In this document: positions 52,561-64,000 of the stretch, piece after piece
Position numbering within the stretch: the stretch's first letter is position 1
Layout: each line of letters starts with the position of its first letter
Source: Ylistrum balloti
Lineage: Eukaryota
NCBI RefSeq assembly: GCF_031769215.1
Contig: NW_026782290.1
Coordinates: forward strand, 186,001 to 250,000
DNA length: 64,000 bases
Direction of reading: 5' to 3'
Program-made: the position numbers and the translations under genes
The notes under the pieces: model-generated
The model's input: only the letters and a program-made list of their open reading frames with translations
Database searches by the model: none
Told to the model about the DNA's origin: nothing

Positions 52561-55500
52561 GTAAATTATCAACGAAATACCAAAAGTAAGGCATTGCCAA
52601 GGAAAACACTGGGGAGAAGATCGAACCAACGGCACACAAGAAAATAGCACATTTAAACACAAATACAACAGAGCCAAACAATATATTAAACCCCATCCTA
52701 CATTTACGTCGTTCTTCTAAGACTCGTCAATGATGCTAAAGGCCTAGCTTTTGAAGCATAGGAGACGACTGAGGAGAATCAAAAGTGATCGAAAGAAATG
52801 TCAAAATCTAAATGAGGAATTGTACTATAGCACCTTAATTCAATAAATTTCGTAATTTTAGTATTCACATATCTAATCATTTTAGAACAACGTCCAGTGC
52901 ACATGTTGAAAATAATTGAATATTGTTCACAACATGTACAATTTTGTCGTCCTACCTGCAGGTTAAGAGCAGAAAAGTAAGTTCTCTGACAGATAAACTT
53001 CAAACTGTTCAAACCTTTCTGGTGGTTTTGCATAAACAGATATGCAAAATGGTGAGAAGTGTTTCTTTTCCTTTCTATAAGTTTGTTTTTGTTTCCATGA
53101 AGTTGGGTAAATTAATTAGACCGTGCTCTATTGAATACCATATATAGAGGCTCTAGGAGATGGCGTTTGCCCTAATATATGGTGACTTATATCATTTACA
53201 CTAGCGCAATGACCTTATCAGAATATTTCCAAAATATCATCATATATAATGTTGCCACTTTCTGTATCAATTTAAGCAGTGATTTCATTTGATGTAACAC
53301 TTAATTTGACCAATTGTCTCGTCCGAATCCCCCAAGACTTCGGACTTCATATCTAAAGTCCTGTATGTATTAAGTTTGCAAAATATAAATGTATTTATTT
53401 TTGTCATCGAAGTATCTTTGATCATGAATACTATTCATCTTTTGAACGGTGAAACTAGCAATATCAGTATGTGCCTTTTTCAGGATCTTTTCATATTAAT
53501 CTTCCAATGATAATTTAATTGATATTATTTGAAGACTGGAATATTTTTACATCTATATATAATTACTACCTATTCGGAGTTAATGTTTCCATATAGATCT
53601 TTACACAATGCAATATTTGATAAATAGATTTTAAGATTCTCTTTAAATGAATCAATTTCAAGTTCTAAGTAATAACAAATATGCCTGTTCAAACGCAGCT
53701 CTTGCGTAATGTATTTTTGTCATCGGTTTAATGGTTTAAATGGACTCTATAAAGCTTCAATATCGTCACACAAGGTATCACTTTATCAATTTAAATTCTC
53801 GAAAACTATTTAAGGAAGAAGATAATTGTGATGGATCCAAGTCTAAAATGGAGCTGGCCGAGACGCTAAACGTGTGCTGATATCCCCGTCTGTTGCTGTA
53901 GATACCAACACCGATAGCAATGGATCACCTGAGAACCTTTAAATGTCTTCTCTCTGGGGTTTTCGGTAGCCTTGAAGTCTAATGCGCTAGAATATCGTTT
54001 AGCTCGTTTAATTTATATTAAGGGTTTCTCTTGGAATTCCGGGATTATCTCCAAAACAACGGAAAGTTGATATGTAAAACATCCTGGACCCAATGACATT
54101 TGGCATTATGTTAACTTCACCTTACAGAAAAAGAAATTCTTGATGCACATCTAAATTTCCAGAAATTTTGGATTTCGAAAAATAATAATAATAAAAAACA
54201 AATTATGGGTTATCCATCATTTATACCGTATCGACTGTGTTGTGTTTTGTAAGAATTTTTTTCATCAGTACAATAAATTTAAAATCCTGATTTACGGTGC
54301 AATCTATCATTATCGTTCACCGCGAGAAGAGATGAAATTTTCATCCCTGTGGGAGAGGGCAACAAAACGAATTTACCTGGTTTGAGACGTAGTTTTATTT
54401 GCCTTTTGAAGGCACGTGTTTAAAGTTTCATTTGATTAATAGAAAATTAGTTGCAGGTTGGCTGTTTCAAGTCCTCGGTTTTTAAGCCTACATTTGCTTT
54501 TATTATAATTGGAACGGTAAAGATTACAGTTACCTGTAAGAGTCAGTAAGAATCATTTTACAAATATCTCATGATAACGACGCTGATAAATACAATATAT
54601 TTTATTAGGCATTTTTCTATCACCAGTTCCATCAGAATGTTTTTACATCCAATGGCCTAGTTGGTTGTTTCCTTGGTTTTCGTCGCAAACAGGCAAAATA
54701 TCGGCCAAATAGGTGAAACACGGGAGCTTAGCTCTTTTCCTGATATTCATTTGTGTATTGCATTCATACTTGAATCTATTCTATCCTTAAACGAACGCTT
54801 AACTACATTTGTATATGTCAAGCAACAACTGGTTTTATAGGCACGAAGAAGACGACTTTGGCACATCACATAACAGTGAAGATTCGTATTGTATTGCTTT
54901 GAAACAAAACAATGGACATTTGAAACATTGAAGTAAATCTTGTGTCGGCAATGATTTGCCTAATTACATTTGTATTAGGAAATAATCCACAGGCATAGGC
55001 AGGTTTTTATTTCGCACAAATTTTAATACCAACGTACAGATACGTCTTTTTTTCCATCCTTAACTCAATTCTTTAAAAAAAACATTTTACCCATCGTATT
55101 ATAACCTCTAGACACAACGGTTAGACTATAAAGCAAATGAATTTTAAATTACAGACCCATCAAATGTTGTATCTAGATAAATAAAAGTAAATTAGAATGT
55201 ATATTTTGTGAAGATTGCAAAAGTGATTTCACAAAGCAATCATCTGAAAACTGCGATTGAAATATGTTCGAATTGTTTGATGATGTTAATATACGAAAAC
55301 TTAACTATTTCGCAGTTTGTCTATAAACTCGACAAGGCAGCAGAATATACAGCCATGATAATCATCCACGGTGTTTCTCTGCCCTATAGTAATGCTAGGA
55401 AAACCCTTGGATCAGACAGTCAAGAATCTCCTTCTGGAATGGAGATTTCTTTCTTCAGTAAAGCTAGGAATATCCTCATGTTTAAGATTGAATATCTATT

Positions 55501-56913
55501 GAAAAGTTTAAGCAATTTACCCATCAAAACAATACATTTAATCACACGGAGAAAGATGATGAGCCTTTGGCGTGCAACTTTTATCTTTGTGTCCTGAGCC
55601 AAAATGAAGTTTATATTTCAAGGCACTGACCATGTTTTCTATTTGTCCTACGACATTGATTGAACATTAGACAAACAAAACTTCAACAGATTTATTTTTC
55701 TATCTTCATTTACCTGATATTGACGATACTCTGCATTTTGCCTGATTACGGACGCCAAAATAATTGCTCCGCGTAGAAATTTAGTTCCAAACTATAACGG
55801 ATATGACAGCGATATTATTAATTTTCGTAAATACAACATACAAAATTACTTAGTTCAAAAGTTATTTATATTATTGAATGTAATTTTAAAATAAATTAAG
55901 AAAATAGTTTCTTAGAATACAGTTGTTTTTCGTCACTGCTGAATACAGCAAAATATATGAGGCAGTGTATTTCGCCAGTTGCAGGATAAAAAGAAAAGTA
56001 TGTAATCTGAATAGATATATTCTATACCAAATGGGAATATACTTACAAATATATAATTGAAAAGAAAATACCGATATATGCTGATAAATAAAACATTTAG
56101 ATGAAGTTTCAAATGAAGTCGAATGTCGTATTCACGTTGATAAAAAAAATCATTGATTTCGAACGTTGTAGTGATTTGACAATATCACAAATCTTAAACT
56201 ATTCAAGTCACCTACTGTTGATGCAGTGAAAAGTAGTTTTATTACCACACTTGTTTACTGAAAAAAATAAAATAATACAATTCGTACTGATCACAACTTT
56301 GAACCAGTATTTTATCATTTCATACTTTCTATCTAATGCCAAGTAGAAGCGACCCAATCACAATTTGTCATATTATTTCTCTCCGCACCCCCCCTCCCCC
56401 CCCCCCGACCCTTTTATCACTTTCAAATATTTCAATAGATTCATTTATGCTTTTTTTAATCGAATGCGTTGCACGCAACCCAGACTTCAAAAGTATGCAC
56501 ATTTTATACCTACACAGATATAAAAATGATGGAGCATTGTTTTTATATTAATTTAGAAAATAATGCAAACATACCTGTATGCCCCTTGGCAGCCAAGTGT
56601 TTTGGATATAATTACATCGATTGTTAGAACTTAAAATTACCTCGAAATTAGGAAACGGGTCCACTCTACTACCTTTATAGAACAGTTTATCATTATTTTG
56701 TATCTTCACTTTATTTTTGTCTATATTTACTGTTAGTCCCGAATGCATACCATACTATTCCAATTGCAATTGTAATTTTGCATGAAAAATGATCACTAAT
56801 ATACATAGGAGAAAGTATTGGTGACATAAGTTCATCCTGTAAGAAATTATTATCAAAGATATCAGACAATCTGCCATGTAGTAGGATATGTTTGATAGTC
56901 AGGAAACTCCTCC

Positions 56914-57105
56914 CCGGGTAGGGAATTATCTGCTCTACCCTAAATTTAGGGAGGCCTCGGGTTGAACAGTCATTAATCTGTTACTCGGGTAGGGAATTGC
57001 CCCACACTAAATCTAGTGAAAGCCTTGGGTTGAATATTCAAGTATCTCCTTTTCGGGTAGAGATTTCTCTGTCCCCCGCTATAGTTAGAGAAAGCCTCGT
57101 GTTAG
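56914..57105. repeat. Degenerate ~70-bp tandem triplication
   Basis: Units start CGGGTAG(G/A)GA at about 56915, 56986 and 57054 and share CTAAAT.TAG.GAAGCCTCGGGTT. Confidence 0.7.
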
Positions 57106-57429
57106 GCTGTCGGCAAAATGCCTCTACCGAAATAAAAAAAAATATGATGGAGGCTAAAATTGGTCGATTGTTGGCATGCAGTTATCATGCCTTTCTTGCT
57201 TGCATGTGGCTACTTATGTAAAGGTTATTTCTTATCGAACCTTTGGTAAATAGTTATGTATATTATCCGTGCGGCTTTATACTTATATAACATTTCATGT
57301 TACGACCGTTATAAGGAGGTAAGTAATATCCAGCTGTATTTTAACATTACGTCTGGTTTTCTATTTGTCTGGTTTAAAATAATCTAACACCGACAACAGG
57401 AAAGTAAGGAGCTCTTCAGCACGTTAGGC

Positions 57430-58010
57430 TTTTGAAGTCATCTGATCTTAACTGTCAGGGTAATATTTCTTGCCAAGTGTTGTAATTTTCTGATCAATTC
57501 AAAATTCAAAATTCATTTCGGCCATCTTGAAAAGACATTTTAAACTTTTCATGACCTATCAGTCCTTATTCAAAATATAGTGAAAGTATTCAAAGATTCA
57601 AGCTGAAAAAGTGTTGTTACTTTTCGACTTTGTCACATGTTTGATACGTAGTTTAGGGCGGTAATTTTAAGAGGTCATAACGCAGAAATCTTAATTTGTA
57701 AAGTTTCACCTCTCTCGTTTAGTTGAAATTTGGTAAGAACGAATCTTTGATAGTTTTTTTTATATATGAAAGTCGATCTGTAATTTTTAAAAATCGTCAT
57801 GGCCGCCATCTTGAAAGATACGTTTCAAACATCTTCTCTGGTTCAACTCATATCGTTCATTTTATTATTCGGTTTAACGAACTACGATATTTCAATCACA
57901 TTTTGGCAAAGTCAGTTAATTTTTTTACATAAAATAAGATTTCAATGGAAATCTAATAAATAAGACAATTGCTTTAACAATTGTTTTTAGCCAAGACGAG
58001 CTATTTTAAA
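57430..58010. mobile_element. Probable non-autonomous Helentron/HINE-like or MITE remnant
   Basis: Contains GGCCATCTTGAA, ATGGCCGCCATCTTGAA, TGAAATTTGGT and TTTTTAGCC, motifs recalled from common bivalve interspersed repeats. The termini are not resolved. Confidence 0.35.
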
Positions 58011-59219
58011 TATCAAGAGGTGCGCAAAGGATTTGTTGCGGCCCAACCTATTTTTATCACCATAATGGTACAAACATGTGGAGGCTTTAGGTTCCGCTTG
58101 AATATATCATAATATTATGTATTTCAGTCGGGAGAGCAATCTAAAGTGTTATTAATTTCTAGCTTCCCTTGGTACACGAAGTACATCCGGTGAATTACTA
58201 CACCGTTGTGCATTGAAAATCTGCGGCAGTTTTAGATATCATAACGTGATCTGCCTTTAAATCAAGAAACGAATGTGCAGCAGTGTTTTAGCGAAACCCA
58301 CAATGTAAAATACGGCGCCTGTTAATTAGTCTAAATGAACGTCGAACATTCTGAAGCCTCATTATTTCTAGGGAAGCATTATTCCCGGAATCTCACCAAA
58401 GTTAAGAATAATTTCACAAAAAAGAATCTAGAACCTTGTACTAAATCGATGCACCCACGTATCACCATGCACCAATTAACACTAGTATTACGACGCCTGT
58501 GGAGCCTCATTAGGGCTGACTAATGAACCAAACACACTGCGGCGTTCACCGATTCCGGATTCACATCCCAGGTAAATGCAATACCGAACAAAAAGCAATA
58601 TTTTAAAATAGTATTTTCCCGACAAAATTGTATTAAGATTCTTGTTTACACATCCCAGATTGTCTATGTTTATCAATTTTGAAATAAAACGCTGCAAAAC
58701 ATCACTTGATGGACCACTCAGCAAATGAAAAGTGGTATCGCATTCACAGGATACCCCGGCCGGAGGGAAAATCAGCAAGTGAGCATGAAGATTATTAATT
58801 TTGATGGCAATGTTCAAATGATTCCCCGAAAATGTTTACAAAAAAACAAATTATAACCAAAACAGGTGGTGATTAGGGTTTTCCAATTCTGAAATGAAGC
58901 CAATAAAAGGCACAACTTGGGTCGATTTCCACTCTTATTTACATCTTTCCATTTCCAAGTTCTTGCGATGTATATTTAAAACCTCGTTTATAATGTCTCC
59001 AGATTTCAAAATATATCTTTTATGCTCTAAGCAGACAATGAGTTTAAGACAAAATAAATAATGATAGGGTTTAAATAAAATCTCCTTTTTGAATGACGTA
59101 GACAGATAGACAGAATTCACATTAACATCGGAAGTATCGATATTAATGAACATTAGTCTTTTGATCAAAGGTTTTTTCGCCGGATATCGATCAAACATAA
59201 AGATGACGGGAAAACTGTG

Positions 59220-59885
59220 TCATTAAAACTATACACAACAATAACTGTTTATAGGATGTTAAACAATACTAACCCTCGGTGGATCAGTGCAGTCATTAAA
59301 CGATAGCTGTTTATAGGATGTTAAACAATACTAACCTTCGGTGGGTCAGGGCCGTCATTAAACAATAGCTGTTTATAGGATGTTAAACAATACCAACCCT
59401 CAGTGAATCAGTGCCATCATTAAACAATAGATGTGTATAGGATGTTAAACAATACCAACCCTCAGTGAATCAGTGCCATCATTAAACAATAGATGTGTAT
59501 AGGATGTTAAACAATACCAACACTCAGTGAATCAGTGCCGTCATTAAACAATAGATGTGTATAGGATGTTAAACAATACCAACCCTCCGTGAATCAGTGC
59601 AGTCATGAAACAATAGCTGTTTATAGGATGTTAAACAATACTAACCTTCGGTGGATCAGGGCCGTCATTAAACAATAGCTGTTTATAGGATGTTAAACAA
59701 TTACCAACCCTCAGTGGATCAGTTCAATCTATAAACAATAGCTGTTGAGACGACACGAGGAAACAAAAATATCAGGTGGATCATTGCCGTCATCAAACAA
59801 CAATTGCTTTTGTTAGGACGTGAGGCAACAAAAACCCAAAGTAGATCATCAAATAACAATAGCTCTTCGCAGGATGTTTAACAAC
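59220..59885. repeat. 62-bp minisatellite, about 8.5 good copies plus 2 degenerate copies
   Basis: CATTAAACAATAGCTGTTTATAGGATGTTAAACAATACTAACCCTCGGTGGATCAGTGCCGT. The period was measured from unit starts at 59294, 59356 and 59418. Confidence 0.95.
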
Positions 59886-61308
59886 ATAAATTTTATGAGT
59901 GGATTGTTGCTTTCTTGAAGGACCATATTGGTTGTTAGGCTATGAAGTAATGTAAACCCTTAGTGATTAGTGTATGCCCTTTGACTTCGTGGTCTGTATG
60001 TATATTCGTAAATCACATAAATATTGAGTTCCTAGCAAAATCCCTCGAGACTGAAAGACATACATGTTTTCATTGCTAGTTAATTGCGAAAGTGACTTGT
60101 TATTGAATATCAGATTGCAGGAAAATGAATAACAGAATAATTACAGGAACATTAGCAATGATAGGAAATAGACAAATCATAATTAAAGCATTATTTGTTT
60201 GATGAATATAGACACATTGCGAATATTTCTCTGTATTTCGAATTGCGCATCAACCCCTTTTAATACTAGAAATATTCGTAATTTTACAAAACACCATTTA
60301 TATGAAAATTAAAATACCACATTGGAACAAATAGTAATGTTTTACGAGGGAAATAATGAAAATAACGTATAAAGCTGACAACGTTCTGGAAAATCGATTT
60401 GATCTTAACAATATCGGCTGTTGTTAAGTAAAATGAAATCAAATCTCATTCATCTTTTGATCTTCACAAAACACTGTCAGATAATCTACATAACCGACAC
60501 GCCATCAGCTGTATCATTCCTTAAAAGTATCTTTTAATCAAAGGAATCGCCTTCAGGCTAAGGTAATGACAGGATCGCGATGTGGGTTAATGATCTCACA
60601 TAAGTGTTAAGGATAGGAATCCTCCTAAGTAAATAATTACGTGTTATGTTCCTTGTATTCTGAGAATCTGCTGAAACCTAGATCACATAAATAGTACCAG
60701 ATACACGACTGTCCTTCATTTCACCGAGCCTCTTGCAACGTAGATTAAAAATAAACCATGATGAGTTTCATAAATCTCATGAAATGGAAACGAATGTATG
60801 ATTTTGTTTATCATATAACTAAGGATATTCGTTTTAATATTGCAAATACTTGCAAAATTATTTTGGACTAAATGCAAAGGTCCTTATCCATTGTGCCACC
60901 CAACCGAACAAAGTCTTGTCAGGAAACACCAATGAATTTATTGACAATTTTTGGAATTTCGATAGTTTGTTTTTATCATAATACCATCCGCGATGGTAGA
61001 GGAAATGAAAAAATGAAAAAAGCATTATAAGCAAGTACGAATTTTAAACCAGAGTCTACAATTCAGAAAACAATGCCAGTACAAGTTGTACGACCAATTC
61101 CTCAGTTGCCTCTAAATTATGACATCATAATCTGCGAACAAAAATAGAACAGAGTGTCTATTGAATCTTTGGCGTCACTACGACGCCTAAATGGACTTTT
61201 TGTGACAAACATGTCCTAATTCTAATGTGGCATAACGAATACCATAGTGGTTATATCGTTTTTTTCGTTCCATAGTTTCTATAGAAAAATGGTTCAATAT
61301 ACTGATTA

Positions 61309-61689
61309 CACGGTAAACTTTTAGTGTTTAGTTGATCCAAATATGGTGTTTTTAACGTGTAAATTCACTCCTATTTTGGTGTAAAGTTTATGGTTACACC
61401 ATTTCTGATGTAAAGTTAATTACAACAAAGAAAAGTGAATAGTTTATCACCATTTGGTGGGACTTCAATCCTAAATCAGTATAAAAGCGTTATCTTACAC
61501 CGTAAGGTGATGACTTTACACCAGATTCTCACCGAAAAGTGTTACTTTACACCGTAAGAGAGTGGCTTTACACCAGAATCTCACCTAAAAGTGTTACTTT
61601 ACACCGTAAGAGAGTGGCTTTACACCAGAATCTCACCTAAAAGTGTTACTTTACATTTTGGTTTCTTTAAGGATACGGATTTTACTCTG
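61309..61689. mobile_element. CMC/EnSpm-like MITE with TA flanks and an internal 52-bp x3 repeat
   Basis: TA|CACGGTAAA ... TTTACTCTG|TA (short imperfect TIR, 2-bp TSD). GTAAA motifs on the left invert to TTTACAC motifs on the right. The tandem unit TTACACCAGAATCTCACCTAAAAGTGTTACTTTACACCGTAAGAGAGTGGCT lies at about 61515-61655. Confidence 0.6.
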
Positions 61690-63241
61690 TACAAACACCT
61701 TCCCTTAAGAGTGATTATTGCACAAAAAGATCTAAACTAAAACCATTTTGAAGGCATTTTTTTCAATCCTTAAACATAGCGTAAATCTTATAACTTATAT
61801 TAAACACACCAAGATATACACTACATTTTATCATAATACAATTTTTGTGTAGCCTAATGCTCCGCCTTAATATGTTATGAGCCACCTTCGTTATTGTGCT
61901 GAGCCTAATATGTATAATTTCCATTTACGATCTTTATGTAATGTTGTCAGTAGTTTCACGCCAAAAAGGAGATTTTTATCATTCTCACCCTTTCAATGGT
62001 AATAGACAATTACCTCCCGGTGTGAATTACTGGTTGTACAAAATGGTTCCTACAACTCATCACAGTGGTGTGATTAAAAAAGTCTCTTATCGGAAGTTGT
62101 CGAGCCGATAGTAATTATTGAGCCGATACCGGACCGGATCTTTGCTTCTGGAGTGACATCTGCCTATTACAAGTTGACAAATAGCAATGATACAGAAGCG
62201 TGATACTTCCGAACCCTCATCATCATTAACATCTGCGTACCTAACGGACAATAATCAAGGACTGGTCAGAAGGTAGGCTGTCAATTTCCGGATTTGACTG
62301 ACTGAGTCAGCGATGATTGCAATTACGATATTTTCTTTTATATCTTTTCTCTTATTGTTCTTTTATTCGATGTGATGCAGTCAAAATATCATACGACGTC
62401 AAAGAATATATTGATGTTCTCGCGCTTTTTGGGACACACGCTTGTTTTATGTTTGTTTAAACAATTGCCTGAATACGCTATAATTTGATTTACATGGTTT
62501 CTCGTTAAACATTATATATTCTATATTTAACCCTTTCAATAGAACACGTCAATTAATTTGTACTCGTGGAAAAAATAATGATGTTCTGTTAAACTAAGGA
62601 AACGATCCTCGAAATCTGATACTAAAATAATCGAATAATTAGATTTTGTGTAAGCATTGTTGACCTGCGGGAGTATTTACAGACAAGGAAGTATGTCTGC
62701 AATGCGTCTATTTTCATGAGCATTGCCGTTTGCTTTTATAGGTTTCCAGTCACGTTCTAAACCTTGTTCTCAATATTTTGTCATATTTGACATTTATACA
62801 AATACATGTAAATAGAAATCGATAATTGGTTTACACTTGATCATTGTTTGTTAGATATCTTATTTAATTGTTTTTATTTTTGTCACACCATTAAGACGTC
62901 TACTTAATAATTTCAAATTATTTGCGTGGTGTAGCTAAACATCTAAACACTCTCTTATGAAACCACATCATTTTTTCTAAAATGAGATGGCAGTTTAATT
63001 ATTGAAAATTTGATGAATATTCCTCACACAATATCAACTGTTACGTAACACTAATAATTATATGCCTATATCAGTTGATTCTGGATTTATAAAAAGACGC
63101 CCTTTAAATGTTACACTTAAGTAACACTTAAAATGCAAACAAGTCTTAAAGACCTAATTGGTTATCGGCTTTAAATCATAGGCAATTTACTACTCAATAG
63201 TGAATGTGGTAATCCTGCTATAATACTATCAACTGGCAAAC

Positions 63242-63912
63242 TGTAACGGGTAGAGCGGTTTTGTGTTGATGCTGACAATATATAACTGACACTTGTTCCT
63301 TAGTATACCTGTACATATATTTATTTACAATGACAGAAAAGGTAAGTTAACACGGATTCTCTCACTCTTTCACTCCATTGCTACAACACAACAAAATACA
63401 CAATAACACTGGTAAAGATGGGCTGTGGTCCACACTTTCTATAAAACAGTCAAACAATGAACACTACTGTCTCAGATCACAATGCAAGTGGGCAGTAATC
63501 CACCATGTTGCACACTGACGGCCAAACGTCCTCACACTTACTAGTGGACTGAGTTCCACTTCCGGTGTACTGAGTCCCTAGCTACCATAGCTACTCCAGG
63601 TACTCCACAACCTTAACCCTCCCAAGCCGAAGACGAATCCTACATCAACAGACTCGAGGGTTGGACGATCATCCCAAATAACCATCCCCAGTTGGAGGAC
63701 TGTATGGACCTTGGTCTACCTCACCGGTCAATAGCATCGGCCACCGGTTCGTAACACTCCGGAAACGTCAATGTGAGACCCCACCGGCACCAACAATATC
63801 GGGTTAAACTACAATATAATTGACATCCACTAATCACAAACTTATTCCCTATTATTCTGAGTAAATTGCAGTAACCGTCTTTAAGGAACACGCTATTACT
63901 AGCAACGCTACA
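63242..63912 (-). mobile_element. Possible solo LTR
   Basis: GC-richer block bounded by TGTAAC...GCTACA, with a minus-strand AATAAA near 63325. No TSD, PBS or PPT was found. Confidence 0.25.
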
Positions 63913-64000
63913 ACGTAACCCGTTTTGCGTGTAATACCATAAGCCACAATAGATGTAACCACTCTACGAAACTCTTTATAATTATTCAAAATTATTCCAG

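Noticed and set aside
55208-55597. 129-aa ORF as a gene
   Set aside because: It has a GTG start, no recognisable motif and no convincing splice partners. It is compatible with chance in 64 kb.
62187-62272. Possible first coding exon (MIQKRDTSEPSSSLTSAYLTDNNQGLVR, donor ag|gtaggc)
   Set aside because: No downstream exon or homology in the window supports it.

Overview
AT-rich eukaryotic (intron-containing) DNA. The TE and SINE families point to a bivalve-like mollusc (inference). Most entries in the ORF track are single exons, repeat read-throughs or noise. Hand-assembled gene models: (1) the 3' end of NEDD1; (2) two tandem SLC16/MCT-like MFS transporter paralogs with identical exon structure; (3) three small single-pass membrane protein genes (29.4-26.5 kb minus, 32.7-37.7 kb plus, 50.2-48.8 kb minus) whose identified introns have matching phases, two of them with Shisa-like/CYYR1/WBP1-type Cys ectodomains. 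Between and inside the genes are decayed Penelope-like and CR1-type retroelements, V- and Meta-type SINEs, several MITEs and at least seven unrelated minisatellites. Strongest leads: a 23-copy intronic array built from the anticodon-to-B-box segment of a spliced tRNA-Tyr-like sequence; the small receptor/adaptor gene cluster with different cytoplasmic tails; and a 101-nt near-identical tract between the otherwise diverged transporter paralogs. All alignments and translations were done by eye and no database search was run.
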